The translations under genes were made by a program, and so were the position numbers. 64,000 nucleotides of DNA from contig OZ241744.1 of NCBI GenBank assembly GCA_965200965.1, positions 2,752,001 through 2,816,000 of the forward strand, written 5' to 3'. The DNA comes from an uncultured Candidatus Binatia bacterium (GTDB taxonomy: Bacteria; Desulfobacterota; Binatia; Bin18). Shown here piece by piece: positions 8,687-18,322 of the stretch. The notes under the pieces were generated by a model. It saw nothing but the letters and a program-made list of their open reading frames with translations, did not search any database and was not told the DNA's origin. Within the stretch, counting starts at the first letter, position 1; each line of letters opens with the position of its first letter.

Positions 8687-10195
8687 CTAGTAGATGCGGC
8701 GGAAGCGTTTCAACTGCTGGGCGATGGAGCGAAAGGCGTCCTTCAGGGTCTCGGGCGTGGCGTTGTTGACAAAGACATAGGTTCCGTCCGGGTCATCGGC
8801 CGCACTGGAACACTGGGTCAGGGAGTTTTTCAGGCTCGCCGAAACGGTGGGCATGGCGGCAATGGCAAATATCTTGATGCCGGCGTTCTTGGCCGCGGTA
8901 CACGCCCTGTTCCGATGGCCGGCATGACGGGTATCCGCGCCATCGGTGAGCAGGACCAGGGCTTTTTGCACGGCCTCGTTGGCCGGGTCGGCCGGGTGGG
9001 TCCCGCCGCCCCATACGGACCGCCAGGAGGGGGCGAGCAGGCGGTGTGCCCAGGTCACGCCAACCGCGGAATAGGTGTCGCTGCCGGCCGCCTGCAAGCC
9101 GTTGATCGCTGTCCGTATCGCGCCGGTATCGGTGGTCAGCGGTATGATCGGGGGCGGGGGGAGCCCGCAGGTATATTGGATATCGTCATTGCTCAGCTTT
9201 GCAACGCCCGTACCCGGTGTACCGTGATAACACCAGTCCTGCCCCTTTGGGGGAGCGACACACTCGAAAGAGCCGTAAAAGTGTTGCAGGTTCGGCGGCA
9301 CATTGTAGAACTCCATTGTAAACGGTGTGTCCGCCGGCGGGGCGGAAGAAAAGGCCGGCGGGTTGCTGCCGGAGGTGGAACGCTGCTCAACACAGCCCTT
9401 CCAGGCCTGGGGCTTGGTGGCCGGGAGCGTCTGCCACTCGCCGGGGGCGTAAGTTTTCCTCCAGTTGGTGCCCACGGTCCAGTAGGGCTTGGGATACCAG
9501 CGTTGGGTTGGGTAGACCGCCCAGCCGTTGTTTTCCCAGTGTGTTCGCTCGGTGGGGCCTAAGCGGACCTGTTCATCCCAGGGAACGAGTCCGATTGCCG
9601 CGGAGCCGTCACCGCTGGCGTTCAGGATGTTGACGAGTTCCAGGGCGGCCCCTTTGACGACCGTCAGGAGCGAATCGGTACTCCCAGACAGGCGGCTCAT
9701 TGAGCTGGTGACATCAATAGCCAGGGCAACCTCGGTCAGGCGTTCGAGCTGCTCAAAGCCGCTGCGGGTCTCTGAGGTGGCGGCGATATTGCCCCAGAGC
9801 CAGCGGCCAAAGACGGCACCGCCAAGGTCGGCCTTGGCGTGGACGCCGACCGTGCCGGCGGTGCAGTTGGGGGTGAGGGTGACTTCCAGGGTTTCGTCGG
9901 CTCGGTCGCGTTTGCCCGCGGGCAGGTTGGACAGGATGTAGCGTCTGGCTATGGGGCTGAGGGCGGCGTTGAGTTGGGCGTCGGTCATGGTGGTGCAACT
10001 GAGGCTTTCCATCTCGTTCATCAGAGCGACACCGGCCGAGTCGGAGGCAACCTGGAGCAGGTCACGCTGCCAGGTAAGCTGGTGGTGGTCGCCGACGAGG
10101 GCGATGCCGGCCAGGCTCAGCATGGTGAACATGCCGGCGGTGAGGGTGGTGGCGACGGCGGCGGTGCTGTGCAGAAATGCTGTGAGGTGTGTCAT
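8687..10195 (-). CDS. TadG-like pilus adhesin with von Willebrand A domain
   Basis: N-terminal hydrophobic helix + LQVASDSA; MIDAS DVTSSMS, LLTDG; tad context. Confidence 0.82.
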   Translation of the reverse strand: MTHLTAFLHSTAAVATTLTAGMFTMLSLAGIALVGDHHQLTWQRDLLQVASDSAGVALMNEMESLSCTTMTDAQLNAALSPIARRYILSNLPAGKRDRADETLEVTLTPNCTAGTVGVHAKADLGGAVFGRWLWGNIAATSETRSGFEQLERLTEVALAIDVTSSMSRLSGSTDSLLTVVKGAALELVNILNASGDGSAAIGLVPWDEQVRLGPTERTHWENNGWAVYPTQRWYPKPYWTVGTNWRKTYAPGEWQTLPATKPQAWKGCVEQRSTSGSNPPAFSSAPPADTPFTMEFYNVPPNLQHFYGSFECVAPPKGQDWCYHGTPGTGVAKLSNDDIQYTCGLPPPPIIPLTTDTGAIRTAINGLQAAGSDTYSAVGVTWAHRLLAPSWRSVWGGGTHPADPANEAVQKALVLLTDGADTRHAGHRNRACTAAKNAGIKIFAIAAMPTVSASLKNSLTQCSSAADDPDGTYVFVNNATPETLKDAFRSIAQQLKRFRRIY

Positions 10196-10272
10196 GGGCT
10201 TCTATCCGCAATCCGGGTGGTGTTGGATGACGCCTGGCTCATCCGGCCTGGGCGCATCGTCGGCATTGCATG

Positions 10273-10803
10273 TCAGGCCGGGGCCGGGGGTACGATGTCG
10301 TCACGGACCGGCAGGATGTGGTGCTGGTAGACGAGTTCGTCGCCCTGGCGGACGCACACTTCGGCGACGATGACGACTTCATCAACAGTCATGGTGAACT
10401 CGGTCGGCAGGCTGGCGTCGGACCCGGCTGGGCCGACTTTGCCGCAGCTGGCAATGCCGGTGTCGCTGGCGGCGTCCCGGCCAAACAGGTCGGTTCTGGC
10501 CCACAGCACGGTTGGGGCGTCGTCCGCGGTCGCCTTGTGGACCGCGGAGGTCACGAAGGCGGCCAGCCGGGGGCTGATCTGCTTGTTGTACAGGAACTGC
10601 CCCAGGTCCCGGATGTAGTTGGCGACTGGCGCGGCTTCCTGGCTGGCGTATTCGGCCATGGTGACCGCCGAGCGGGTGGTTTTGGCCTGGGCCGAGGACA
10701 GCCGGTACAGGTCAAAGCCGGCCACCGAAACGGCGAGCAGGACCACCGTGCCAATCGCGCACTCCAGGGCGGCCGAGCCGCGGGTCCACTTGGTCGTTTT
10801 CAT
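10273..10803 (-). CDS. TadE/TadF-like pseudopilin
   Basis: RG/SAALECAIGTVVLL prepilin motif. Confidence 0.8.
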   Translation of the reverse strand: MKTTKWTRGSAALECAIGTVVLLAVSVAGFDLYRLSSAQAKTTRSAVTMAEYASQEAAPVANYIRDLGQFLYNKQISPRLAAFVTSAVHKATADDAPTVLWARTDLFGRDAASDTGIASCGKVGPAGSDASLPTEFTMTVDEVVIVAEVCVRQGDELVYQHHILPVRDDIVPPAPA

Positions 10804-11351
10804 CAGGCTTCCTCCTGGAGACGTTCGTTGCGCATGACGGCCAGGACGGTCAGGCCGCTCTCGCCCACGAGGCGCTGCTGGGCGCGGGCCAGGGCGGTCT
10901 GGGGCGTGAGGACCATGGTGACAACCACCATGTCCTTGGCGTCGCCGCCGAGGCCGGCGTTGGTGCCCTGCGATTCGGTCCCGGCCAGCATATCAGACGG
11001 GTTGTCGTAGACCTTGACCTCAATGTTCAGGCAGAAGTCCGACGGGCTTTCGCCTTCCGGCACGGTGCAGGTCCCGGTGCTGCCGGCCAGGTTAAAGTCA
11101 ATGGTCTGGCCAATCTCGGTCTTGATCGCCTCCAGGCATTGGGACTTCAGCGCCGCGGCGCTGCTGGCCGCGCTGTCGGCCAGGGCGTTGGAACGGACGA
11201 CCCGGTTGGCGGCCCGCTGGAGCAGGTCGCCGACGAGCAGGGTGTTGGTAATCTCAATCACGCCGGCCAGGGTGAGGATCAGGAACGACGCGGCCATGGC
11301 GCTCTCCAGGACGACGGAGGCGCGCTTGTCTCGGAGAAAGTGTTTCATCAT
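10803..11351 (-). CDS. TadE-like pseudopilin
   Basis: MMKHFLRDKRA/SVVLESAMAASFLIL...GVIE. Confidence 0.8.
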   Translation of the reverse strand: MMKHFLRDKRASVVLESAMAASFLILTLAGVIEITNTLLVGDLLQRAANRVVRSNALADSAASSAAALKSQCLEAIKTEIGQTIDFNLAGSTGTCTVPEGESPSDFCLNIEVKVYDNPSDMLAGTESQGTNAGLGGDAKDMVVVTMVLTPQTALARAQQRLVGESGLTVLAVMRNERLQEEA

Positions 11352-11373
11352 TATCCTTCTGGTCGTCCGCGGG

Positions 11374-13062
11374 CTACTGGCCGGGCAGGGCAATTCTTAC
11401 CATTGTGCCCTGCCCGGGCAGGGATCTGAGAGAGATGCTGCCCTCGTATTTCTGCACAACATGTTGGGCTGTCGTGAGGCCCATGCCTTTTGCATCAGGC
11501 CTGGAGGTGTAGAACGGCTCAAACACCTTTTTTCGATGCTCGGCCTCAATGCCGTCTCCATTGTCGGCGATGATGATGAGCACCGTGTCATCCTCACGTT
11601 TGGTCTCGATGCGGATGAGGCTGTTCTTCTTGCTCCGGTGCTCAAGGGCGTACAGCGAGTTGTCAAGAACGCTGGTGACAATCAGCCCGATGTCGGCCTT
11701 GGCAGCCAGGACCTTGGGCAGCGGGTTCAACTCCTTGACGACGACCGCGGCCGTTTCGGCCTTGGTGCTTTCTACGGCCTCATCGATGCAGTCGTTGATG
11801 TTCAGCCGCTCCCGGGCGTTGTCCCCGGTCTGGAACAGCGACGGCAGGCGGTCGGCGACCTCGACAATATCGCCGGCCTGGGCACGGATGCTTGAGAGCA
11901 GCGCGGCCGCGGTTTTGAGCTCTTCGTCGGCCACCGGCGGCGAGCCGGCTTCGTTCGAGCGCAGCTTGGCCTGCACATCGTCAAGAATGTCCAGGTTGCC
12001 GGTGATGTGCTCTCCGCAGGAGGCCAACTGCCGGGCGACGACCTCCAGCCCGGCCCGCTGCGCCACGCCCTCCGCGGCGCGGTCGGGGCCGACGGTCTGT
12101 TGGTCGGCCTCCAGGGTCGCGATCAGATTGTCCAGCCCGTTGGACTGTCTGCGCCTGGACCGCTGGGCCAGCCCGGCCACCGGGCTGGAACCGGGGATAT
12201 CCGCCGGCGCTTCCTGGGGCGCGTTCTTGGGCAGGCGCAGGGCAATGGCCAGCCACATCAGCCACAGCGCCCCGCCCGAGGCCAGGATGCCGTTTTCGTA
12301 GTAGTCAACCAGAACCTCTTTGCGGTCGGCCTCGGCTTTTAGGTTGGCGCTCAGGCTCTCGCCATAGTCGCTGATGGTGCTGGATGTGGCCTCCTGAAAG
12401 AACGCCTCGGTCGGTTCGTATTTGTCGAGCAGCACGAGGCCGTGGCCAACAAGATTCTGGGCCGGGCTGGTCAGCACCGGGTAACGGGCGGTGATGCGAT
12501 TGCCCACCTGGACAAGTACGCGCGTCAGGCGTTCTTTTTCCGGTGGGGTCGGGGTGGTGATATAGGCGGTGATATCGTTGGTGACGGTCGAAACGCTGCG
12601 GACGAACGACGCGTTGCCGTTTCTCTGTCGTATCTGGTTGATGAGGGTGCTGGAGGCCTGCGGCAGGTAGCGGATGGAATTGCGCAGAACGGCATAGCCG
12701 GTCTTGAAGCGCTCTACTCTCTCTTCCTTGGCATCAATGGCGGTCAGGTAGGCGTTGAGATCATAGCGCATCCGTTCTGGCAGGTCAGGGATGGTCCGCA
12801 TGGTGTCCGACAGCTCGGCCTTGAGGCGTTCTATCCGGGGGATGAAGGAAATGAGGCCGTCAAAGTCAGACAGCGGGTCCGCTCGGACCCGGGCGGCCTC
12901 AACGCTCCACTGGGATTCAATCTGGTTGATCCGCTGAATAAGGGAAATGGCGAGCCGATGGTTGGCCGGCTGATTGGTGCGGGCCATCCAGTACAACCCC
13001 GCCGCGATGGTCACGAGAAACAGCGAGAAAAAGACGCCGATGGTGAGTGATCTGGATCGCAT
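11374..13062 (-). CDS. Membrane sensor histidine kinase-like protein (all-helical, DAHL-like periplasmic sensor; HATPase domain; degenerate H-box)
   Basis: Two TMs; ERFKTGYAVLRNSIRYLP; N box LDNSLYA, DNGDGI, FEPFYT, GMGL. Confidence 0.8.
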   Translation of the reverse strand: MRSRSLTIGVFFSLFLVTIAAGLYWMARTNQPANHRLAISLIQRINQIESQWSVEAARVRADPLSDFDGLISFIPRIERLKAELSDTMRTIPDLPERMRYDLNAYLTAIDAKEERVERFKTGYAVLRNSIRYLPQASSTLINQIRQRNGNASFVRSVSTVTNDITAYITTPTPPEKERLTRVLVQVGNRITARYPVLTSPAQNLVGHGLVLLDKYEPTEAFFQEATSSTISDYGESLSANLKAEADRKEVLVDYYENGILASGGALWLMWLAIALRLPKNAPQEAPADIPGSSPVAGLAQRSRRRQSNGLDNLIATLEADQQTVGPDRAAEGVAQRAGLEVVARQLASCGEHITGNLDILDDVQAKLRSNEAGSPPVADEELKTAAALLSSIRAQAGDIVEVADRLPSLFQTGDNARERLNINDCIDEAVESTKAETAAVVVKELNPLPKVLAAKADIGLIVTSVLDNSLYALEHRSKKNSLIRIETKREDDTVLIIIADNGDGIEAEHRKKVFEPFYTSRPDAKGMGLTTAQHVVQKYEGSISLRSLPGQGTMVRIALPGQ

Positions 13063-13101
13063 AGGCTGACTCCTGCGTCGGACACTTCGTCTTTGCGGGG
13101 A

Positions 13102-14196
13102 CTAGTTGCCGCTCTGGGCGAAAGCCCGTTCCGGGCTGACCAGGCCGCCCCTGCCACGGCTGCCCTGGACCTGTTTCACCGCGGCCGGCTCCTCAACCTC
13201 TTGCTGGAAATCGGGGTCTACCGGCTCTCCGGCCAGGGTTTTGATGAAGGCCACAATGGCATCCTTATCCTCATCCGGGGCTTCGCGTCCCAACTGAAAC
13301 TCGAACATCGCGTCAACCGCATCGCGCAAGGTCTCGGCGCTGCCGTCGTGCAGATAGGGGGCGGTGTGGGCTGCCATGCGTAGGCTGGGGACCTTGAAGG
13401 CGTGACGGTCGGCAATGTTGCCGGTGACATTGAAGCGGCCAAGGTCGGCTTCGGTGATATTGCCCCGCTTTTTGAAATACTCGTTGATGACGCCGAAGAC
13501 CTGGAACATATTCCCGCCCACGGCCGCCCCCTGGTGGCACGACACACAGCCGTAGCGTTTGAACAGCATATAGCCGTGTTCCTCCTCCTCGGTAATGGCC
13601 GAGGAGTCGCCTGTGAGCCAGCGGTCAAAGCGGCTGTTGTGTGTGGTCAGGGAGCGGACAAATTCGGCGATAGCGTCTTTGACGGTGGTGCGGGTGATAC
13701 TGTCCTCGCCATACACCTCCGAGAACAGGCGGGGATAGTCCTCGTCCTGAAAAAGTTTGGTGAGCACATCGGGCCAGATGCTTCCCATCTCAATGTTGCT
13801 CTGTATCGGTCCGTCAGCCTGGTCTTCCAGCGTCTCCGCCCGTCCGTCCCAGAACTGTTTGAAATTGAAATTGGCGTTGAGCACAGTGGGCGCGTTCACC
13901 GCGCCGAGCTTGCCCTGAATCCCGACCGAAACCTGCCTGCCGTCGTCGCCACCGGCCCTGAGATGGTGGCAACTGGCGCACGAAACAGAGTTGTCGTTTG
14001 ACAAGCGCACATCGTGGAACAGCCGCTTGCCCAGGCCGGCTTTGGCCACATCAACCTCAATGGCCGGCATTGGCTTGATCGGCTCTGCTGCCGCGGCCTG
14101 TCCAGAGCCGAGGCAGACCACACCGGCTATTCCCAAGCCCGCCAGCCGGCGGCGGAGCCGAGCCGGTTTCCTTGCGCTCTTTTGAGCTGTGTTCAT
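13102..14196 (-). CDS. Di-haem cytochrome c peroxidase / MauG family
   Basis: Two CxxCH (CASCH, CVSCH), LGKRLFHDVRLS, QFWDGRA, FKVPSLR, TAPYLHDGS. Confidence 0.92.
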   Translation of the reverse strand: MNTAQKSARKPARLRRRLAGLGIAGVVCLGSGQAAAAEPIKPMPAIEVDVAKAGLGKRLFHDVRLSNDNSVSCASCHHLRAGGDDGRQVSVGIQGKLGAVNAPTVLNANFNFKQFWDGRAETLEDQADGPIQSNIEMGSIWPDVLTKLFQDEDYPRLFSEVYGEDSITRTTVKDAIAEFVRSLTTHNSRFDRWLTGDSSAITEEEEHGYMLFKRYGCVSCHQGAAVGGNMFQVFGVINEYFKKRGNITEADLGRFNVTGNIADRHAFKVPSLRMAAHTAPYLHDGSAETLRDAVDAMFEFQLGREAPDEDKDAIVAFIKTLAGEPVDPDFQQEVEEPAAVKQVQGSRGRGGLVSPERAFAQSGN

Positions 14197-14909
14197 GGTT
14201 CCTTTATTCCCCTGTTCCCCGGGGTCCTGTTTGCGATGAATTCGGCCAACTCGGCCCTATCACCCGCCATCCAATAGGAGGCCTTGTGACTGGCATACAG
14301 CCGTTTGGCTTCTTCCAGGCCGCCCGACTCAACCAGCATCCGCACCAGATTGGCCGTGATCATGGGATGCGAAGCCAAGGCCAGGGCCGTGTCATAACGC
14401 TCCTTCGCCTGCGCCCAGTCACCCTCAAGGCTTGCCACAACGGCCAGACCGTTAGACACCCAGGACGCCACCCTGCCTGAAGACGCCGCGGCCTCTCCAT
14501 CAGCGATCGCCGCGGCGGCCAGGAAGCAGGTCTTGGCCTGAGCGAGGTCTTCCCGCCCCAGGGCTGCCCGCCCGGCCCCGAGCAGGGCTTCGGCCTTGAG
14601 GGCGTCGGTTGTGGCCAGTTCGCCGGCCTCGGCGAACAGGGCGTCCGCGGTGCTGAAGTTGCCCGCATGCAGGGCCAGATAGCCCAGCCCGAGTTTCGGC
14701 TCCGGCGCGGTGGGGAAGGTACGGGAGAGGTTTTCGTACAGCCGCCCCGCGGCGGCCGGCTGGCCAGTTTCAATAGCCGCGGCAGACACCTTCAGGCTGC
14801 TGTTCAACATCTCCTGTTGGGCCGGACCGAGTTGCGCCTCGCCCGAGAGCTGGCTACACGCACCCAGCACTACCGTGAGGCCCGCTGTCATGAACTGACC
14901 AGGCTTCAT
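14193..14909 (-). CDS. TPR lipoprotein, TadD/CpaO-like pilotin
   Basis: VVLGAC lipobox; TPR helices; heads the tad-oriented operon. Confidence 0.7.
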   Translation of the reverse strand: MKPGQFMTAGLTVVLGACSQLSGEAQLGPAQQEMLNSSLKVSAAAIETGQPAAAGRLYENLSRTFPTAPEPKLGLGYLALHAGNFSTADALFAEAGELATTDALKAEALLGAGRAALGREDLAQAKTCFLAAAAIADGEAAASSGRVASWVSNGLAVVASLEGDWAQAKERYDTALALASHPMITANLVRMLVESGGLEEAKRLYASHKASYWMAGDRAELAEFIANRTPGNRGIKEP

Positions 14910-14937
14910 TCTGACCCTCCCATATGTTGCAATCCTG

Positions 14938-15055
14938 CATACCATCAGTCTGTATGTCAAGCCCTCTTCGGATTTATGGCTTGACATACAGACTGAAAGT
15001 ATGGCATAGGAGCGTCATACAATAATTCCGGGGAGTCAAACAGACAGACTGTATG
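14938..15055. promoter_or_regulatory. Divergent promoter region: perfect 19-bp inverted repeat and three CATAC-N9-GTATG TetR-type operator-like boxes
   Basis: IR arms 14945-14963 and 14978-14996, each containing TTGACA; boxes at 14938-14956, 14985-15003, 15037-15055 (last with one mismatch). Confidence 0.75.
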
Positions 15056-15262
15056 CGAAAAATTGAGGGGGGGGGGGGGGGTAATGTGGCTTCTCCCCTT
15101 TCAAAAGCAGACCGGGCCAGGCAGACCCGGGCCGCCCTGATCGCCGCCGCGCGTGGGTTGTTTGCCGAGCAGGGGTATGCCAACACCTCAACCGGAGACA
15201 TTGTTCACCGTGTCGGCGTGACCCGGGGTGCGCTCTCCCATCATTCCGAGGGGAGGCTCTGA
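15053..15262 (+). pseudogene. TetR HTH-only fragment (partial duplicate of adjacent tetR), containing a G15 tract
   Basis: TRAALIAAARGLFAEQGYANTS...GVTRGAL matches N-terminus of 15269-15904, then stops. Confidence 0.7.
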
Positions 15263-15268
15263 GGGGAG

Positions 15269-15904
15269 ATGGACCCCACACGCTCAAAAGCCGAACAATC
15301 CGCCACCACCCGGGCCGCCCTGATCGCCGCCGCCAAAGCGCTGTTTATCGAGCGGGGGTACGCGAATACGTCTACCGAAGCCATTGTCGAGCGTGCGGGG
15401 GTGACCCGGGGCGCACTCTACCATCAGTTCAAGGACAAAGCCGACCTGTTCAAAGCCGTGTCCGATGAGGTCAGAGCCTCTCTGGCCCAGACGCTTTCCA
15501 AGCGTGTACAGGAGGTTGAGGGCGATCGCTGGCAGCGGTTTCTCGTGACCGCCTCCTCAAGCTTTCTGGACATCGTGAGTGAACCGAGCGTGCAGCGTAT
15601 TATCTATATTGACGGCCCGGCGATTCTGGGCCGCGCCCTGTCGCCCGAGAACAGCGACTCGCCGGCCCTGCTTGTCATGCGTGAGGAGTTGGAGGTGCTG
15701 ATGGCCGAGGGCTGGATTGAAGAGCAGCCGCTCGAATCCCTGTGCCGCCTGCTCTGGGGCGTGTTCTTTGAGGCCGGTATCTACATCGCCAACGCGGACA
15801 ACGTCGAGGTCGCCAAGCGGGAAATCAGACCTGTCCTTGAGTGCCTGCTCGGAGGAATGCGGATCAAGCCCGGCCCTCAGCATCTCTCCAAAAAGGCCGA
15901 GTAG
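15269..15904 (+). CDS. TetR/AcrR family transcriptional regulator
   Basis: LF.ERGY..TS...I..RAGVTRGALYHQFKDK. Confidence 0.95.
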   Translation: MDPTRSKAEQSATTRAALIAAAKALFIERGYANTSTEAIVERAGVTRGALYHQFKDKADLFKAVSDEVRASLAQTLSKRVQEVEGDRWQRFLVTASSSFLDIVSEPSVQRIIYIDGPAILGRALSPENSDSPALLVMREELEVLMAEGWIEEQPLESLCRLLWGVFFEAGIYIANADNVEVAKREIRPVLECLLGGMRIKPGPQHLSKKAE

Positions 15905-15934
15905 TTGGGGCGCGATGAGTGGCTGGCCCCGATG

Positions 15935-16540
15935 CTATGTGGCCGGGTCGTTTTGCGGCCCCCGGTTCTCAATCACCTGATCGATAAGCCCATAGTCAAC
16001 CGCCTGCTGGGGACTGAAAAAGAAGTCCCGGTCGGTGTCTTTTTCGATCGTCTTCAGCGGCTGGCCGGTGTGCTGAGCCAGGATAGCGTTCAACTGCCCC
16101 CGGATGCGCAACACTTCTCTGGCCTGGATTTCGATATCGCTGGTCTGGCCTTCCGCCCCGCCCAGCGGCTGGTGAATCATCACCCGGGCGTGGGGCAGGG
16201 CCAAGCGTTTGCCTTTGGCCCCAGCGGCCAAGAGCAGTGCCCCCATACTGGTGGCCTGGCCGACACACAGGGTCGAGACCGCCGGCTTGATGTATTGCAC
16301 GGTGTCATAAATCGCCAGCCCGGCAGTGACCGAACCCCCCGGCGAGTTGATATAAAGATGAATATCTTTCTCCGGGTCTTCCGACTCTAGGAACAGCAGT
16401 TGGGCTGTGACGAGGGCGGCCCCCTCGTCGCCCACCGCGGAGCCCAGAAACACAATTCGATCTCTCAGCAGCCGGGAGTACAGATCATACGCCCGCTCGC
16501 CTCTGCCAGTCTGCTCAACAACGGTTGGGATAAAGTTCAT
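15935..16540 (-). CDS. clpP: ATP-dependent Clp protease proteolytic subunit
   Basis: [41 protein letters not shown]. Confidence 0.97.
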   Translation of the reverse strand: MNFIPTVVEQTGRGERAYDLYSRLLRDRIVFLGSAVGDEGAALVTAQLLFLESEDPEKDIHLYINSPGGSVTAGLAIYDTVQYIKPAVSTLCVGQATSMGALLLAAGAKGKRLALPHARVMIHQPLGGAEGQTSDIEIQAREVLRIRGQLNAILAQHTGQPLKTIEKDTDRDFFFSPQQAVDYGLIDQVIENRGPQNDPAT

Positions 16541-16672
16541 AGTGTCCCAGAATAGTCTTTTCCCGCCCGTCCAGCAAGACGAAGCTGAAGCGGTGTTGCT
16601 CTTCCCAGACACATTCGAGCGGCATATGTGCTACGATGTCCGGTAAATATTCCTGGACAGGAGGAAAGCCTT

Positions 16673-17173
16673 ATGCCAGTCAAAGCCGGTTGGGAAGGTC
16701 GGTATTATGAAGATTTTGAGGTCGGCGATGTGTACCGCTGTCGGCTCGGTCGGACAGTGACCGAAAACGATAACATCTGGTTCACCCTGCTGACCAACAA
16801 CACCAACCAGATACATTTCAACACCGAGTACGGCAAACAGACCGAGTTCGGTCAGTGTCTGATCAACAGCGTCCTGACCCTGGCGATTGTTGCCGGGCTC
16901 GGCGTGGCCGATGTGAGCGAGCATGGTTTTAACCTGGGCTGGGATAACGTCACCCTGCCCAACCCGGTGTTTGCCGGCGACACCCTGTACTCCGAATCCG
17001 AAGTCCTGGACAAGCGCGAGTCCCAGTCCAAACCCCAGTGGGGTATTGTCAAGGTCGAAACGCGCGGGGTCAAACAGGACGGCAGTCTCGTGTGTCAATA
17101 CACGCGCAATGTCATGGTCTGGAAAAAGGCCCACGCGCCCACGCGCGACCTCTTCCCTGAACCACACGCCTGA
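16673..17173 (+). CDS. MaoC family dehydratase
   Basis: GRYYEDFEVG...RTVTENDN...IHFN...PVFAGDTL. Confidence 0.9.
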   Translation: MPVKAGWEGRYYEDFEVGDVYRCRLGRTVTENDNIWFTLLTNNTNQIHFNTEYGKQTEFGQCLINSVLTLAIVAGLGVADVSEHGFNLGWDNVTLPNPVFAGDTLYSESEVLDKRESQSKPQWGIVKVETRGVKQDGSLVCQYTRNVMVWKKAHAPTRDLFPEPHA

Positions 17174-17185
17174 CAGCGTGCCGTC

Positions 17186-18322
17186 ATGGAATGCCAGCGC
17201 CATTTATTTACCCTGCCCGAGGATCAGCACTACCTCAACTGCGCGTACATGTCCCCGCTGCTGAAATCGGTCGAAGCGGCCGGCATTGCCGGGCTGCGGC
17301 GCAAGGGCAACCCGGCCGGGCTTGTTGCGGACGATTTCTTTGCCGACACACATGCCTTGCGCCGCGGCTTTGCCCGCCTTGTCCATACCCAGCCCGGGCG
17401 GGTCGCGCTGGTGCCGGCCGTGAGTTATGGCATGGCCATTGCCAGTCACAATACGCCGCTCCGGCCTGAGCACAATGTGGTCATCCCCGGTGAGGAGTTT
17501 CCGAGCAATGTCTATGCCTGGATGGCGCAGTGCCAGCGCACTGGAGCGCGCCTGCGTTGTGTTGCGCGTCCAGACCGGGACTCACCCGACAGTTGGACAG
17601 TCCGTCTCCTTGACGCCATAGACCGCCACACCGCAGTCGTGACCCTCAGCACGGTCCATTGGACGGATGGTACGCCGTTTGACACCGCCCGGATTGGACG
17701 CCGGGCGCGCGAAGTCGGAGCGCTGTTCGTTGTCGATGGCACACAGTCAATCGGGGCCGTGGCGTTTGACTGTGCCGCGGTGCAACCGGACCTCCTGGTC
17801 TGCGCCGGCTATAAGTGGCTGCTCGGCCCCTACCAGTACGGTTTTGCGGTGGTGGGCGACCGCCTGCTTGACGCCGAGCCGTTTGAACACAACTGGATTA
17901 CCCGCAGAAACAGCCACGACTTCAGCGCCCTGGTTCACTATCAGTCCGAGTTTCAGCCTGGGGCGCAGCGCTTTGACGCCGGCGAGCGGTCCAACTTCAT
18001 TCTGGTGCCCATGCTGCTCACAGCACTCCAACAGCTCGAGCGCTGGGGCGTGGCCAATATCCAGACCTACTGCGCCCGGCTGAGCGAGGGCTTGGCCGAG
18101 GCGCTGGCCGACAGTCCGTATGCGCTGACCGCCGAGCGCTCGGCCCACCTGTTTGGCGTGCGGCTGCCCGAGGCCGGGCCTCTCCCGGCCATTCTTGCCG
18201 AACTGCGCCGGCGACAGGTGCATGTGTCCCAGCGTGGCAACGCAATCCGCGTATCGCCCCATGTCTACAATCGGCCCGAGGATATTGAGGCGCTGGCCGA
18301 GACCCTGCGCCGGGCGCTCTAG
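17186..18322 (+). CDS. Aminotransferase class V PLP enzyme
   Basis: YLNCAYMSP, VDGTQSIG, AGYKWLLGP, IRVSPHVYN. Confidence 0.9.
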   Translation: MECQRHLFTLPEDQHYLNCAYMSPLLKSVEAAGIAGLRRKGNPAGLVADDFFADTHALRRGFARLVHTQPGRVALVPAVSYGMAIASHNTPLRPEHNVVIPGEEFPSNVYAWMAQCQRTGARLRCVARPDRDSPDSWTVRLLDAIDRHTAVVTLSTVHWTDGTPFDTARIGRRAREVGALFVVDGTQSIGAVAFDCAAVQPDLLVCAGYKWLLGPYQYGFAVVGDRLLDAEPFEHNWITRRNSHDFSALVHYQSEFQPGAQRFDAGERSNFILVPMLLTALQQLERWGVANIQTYCARLSEGLAEALADSPYALTAERSAHLFGVRLPEAGPLPAILAELRRRQVHVSQRGNAIRVSPHVYNRPEDIEALAETLRRAL

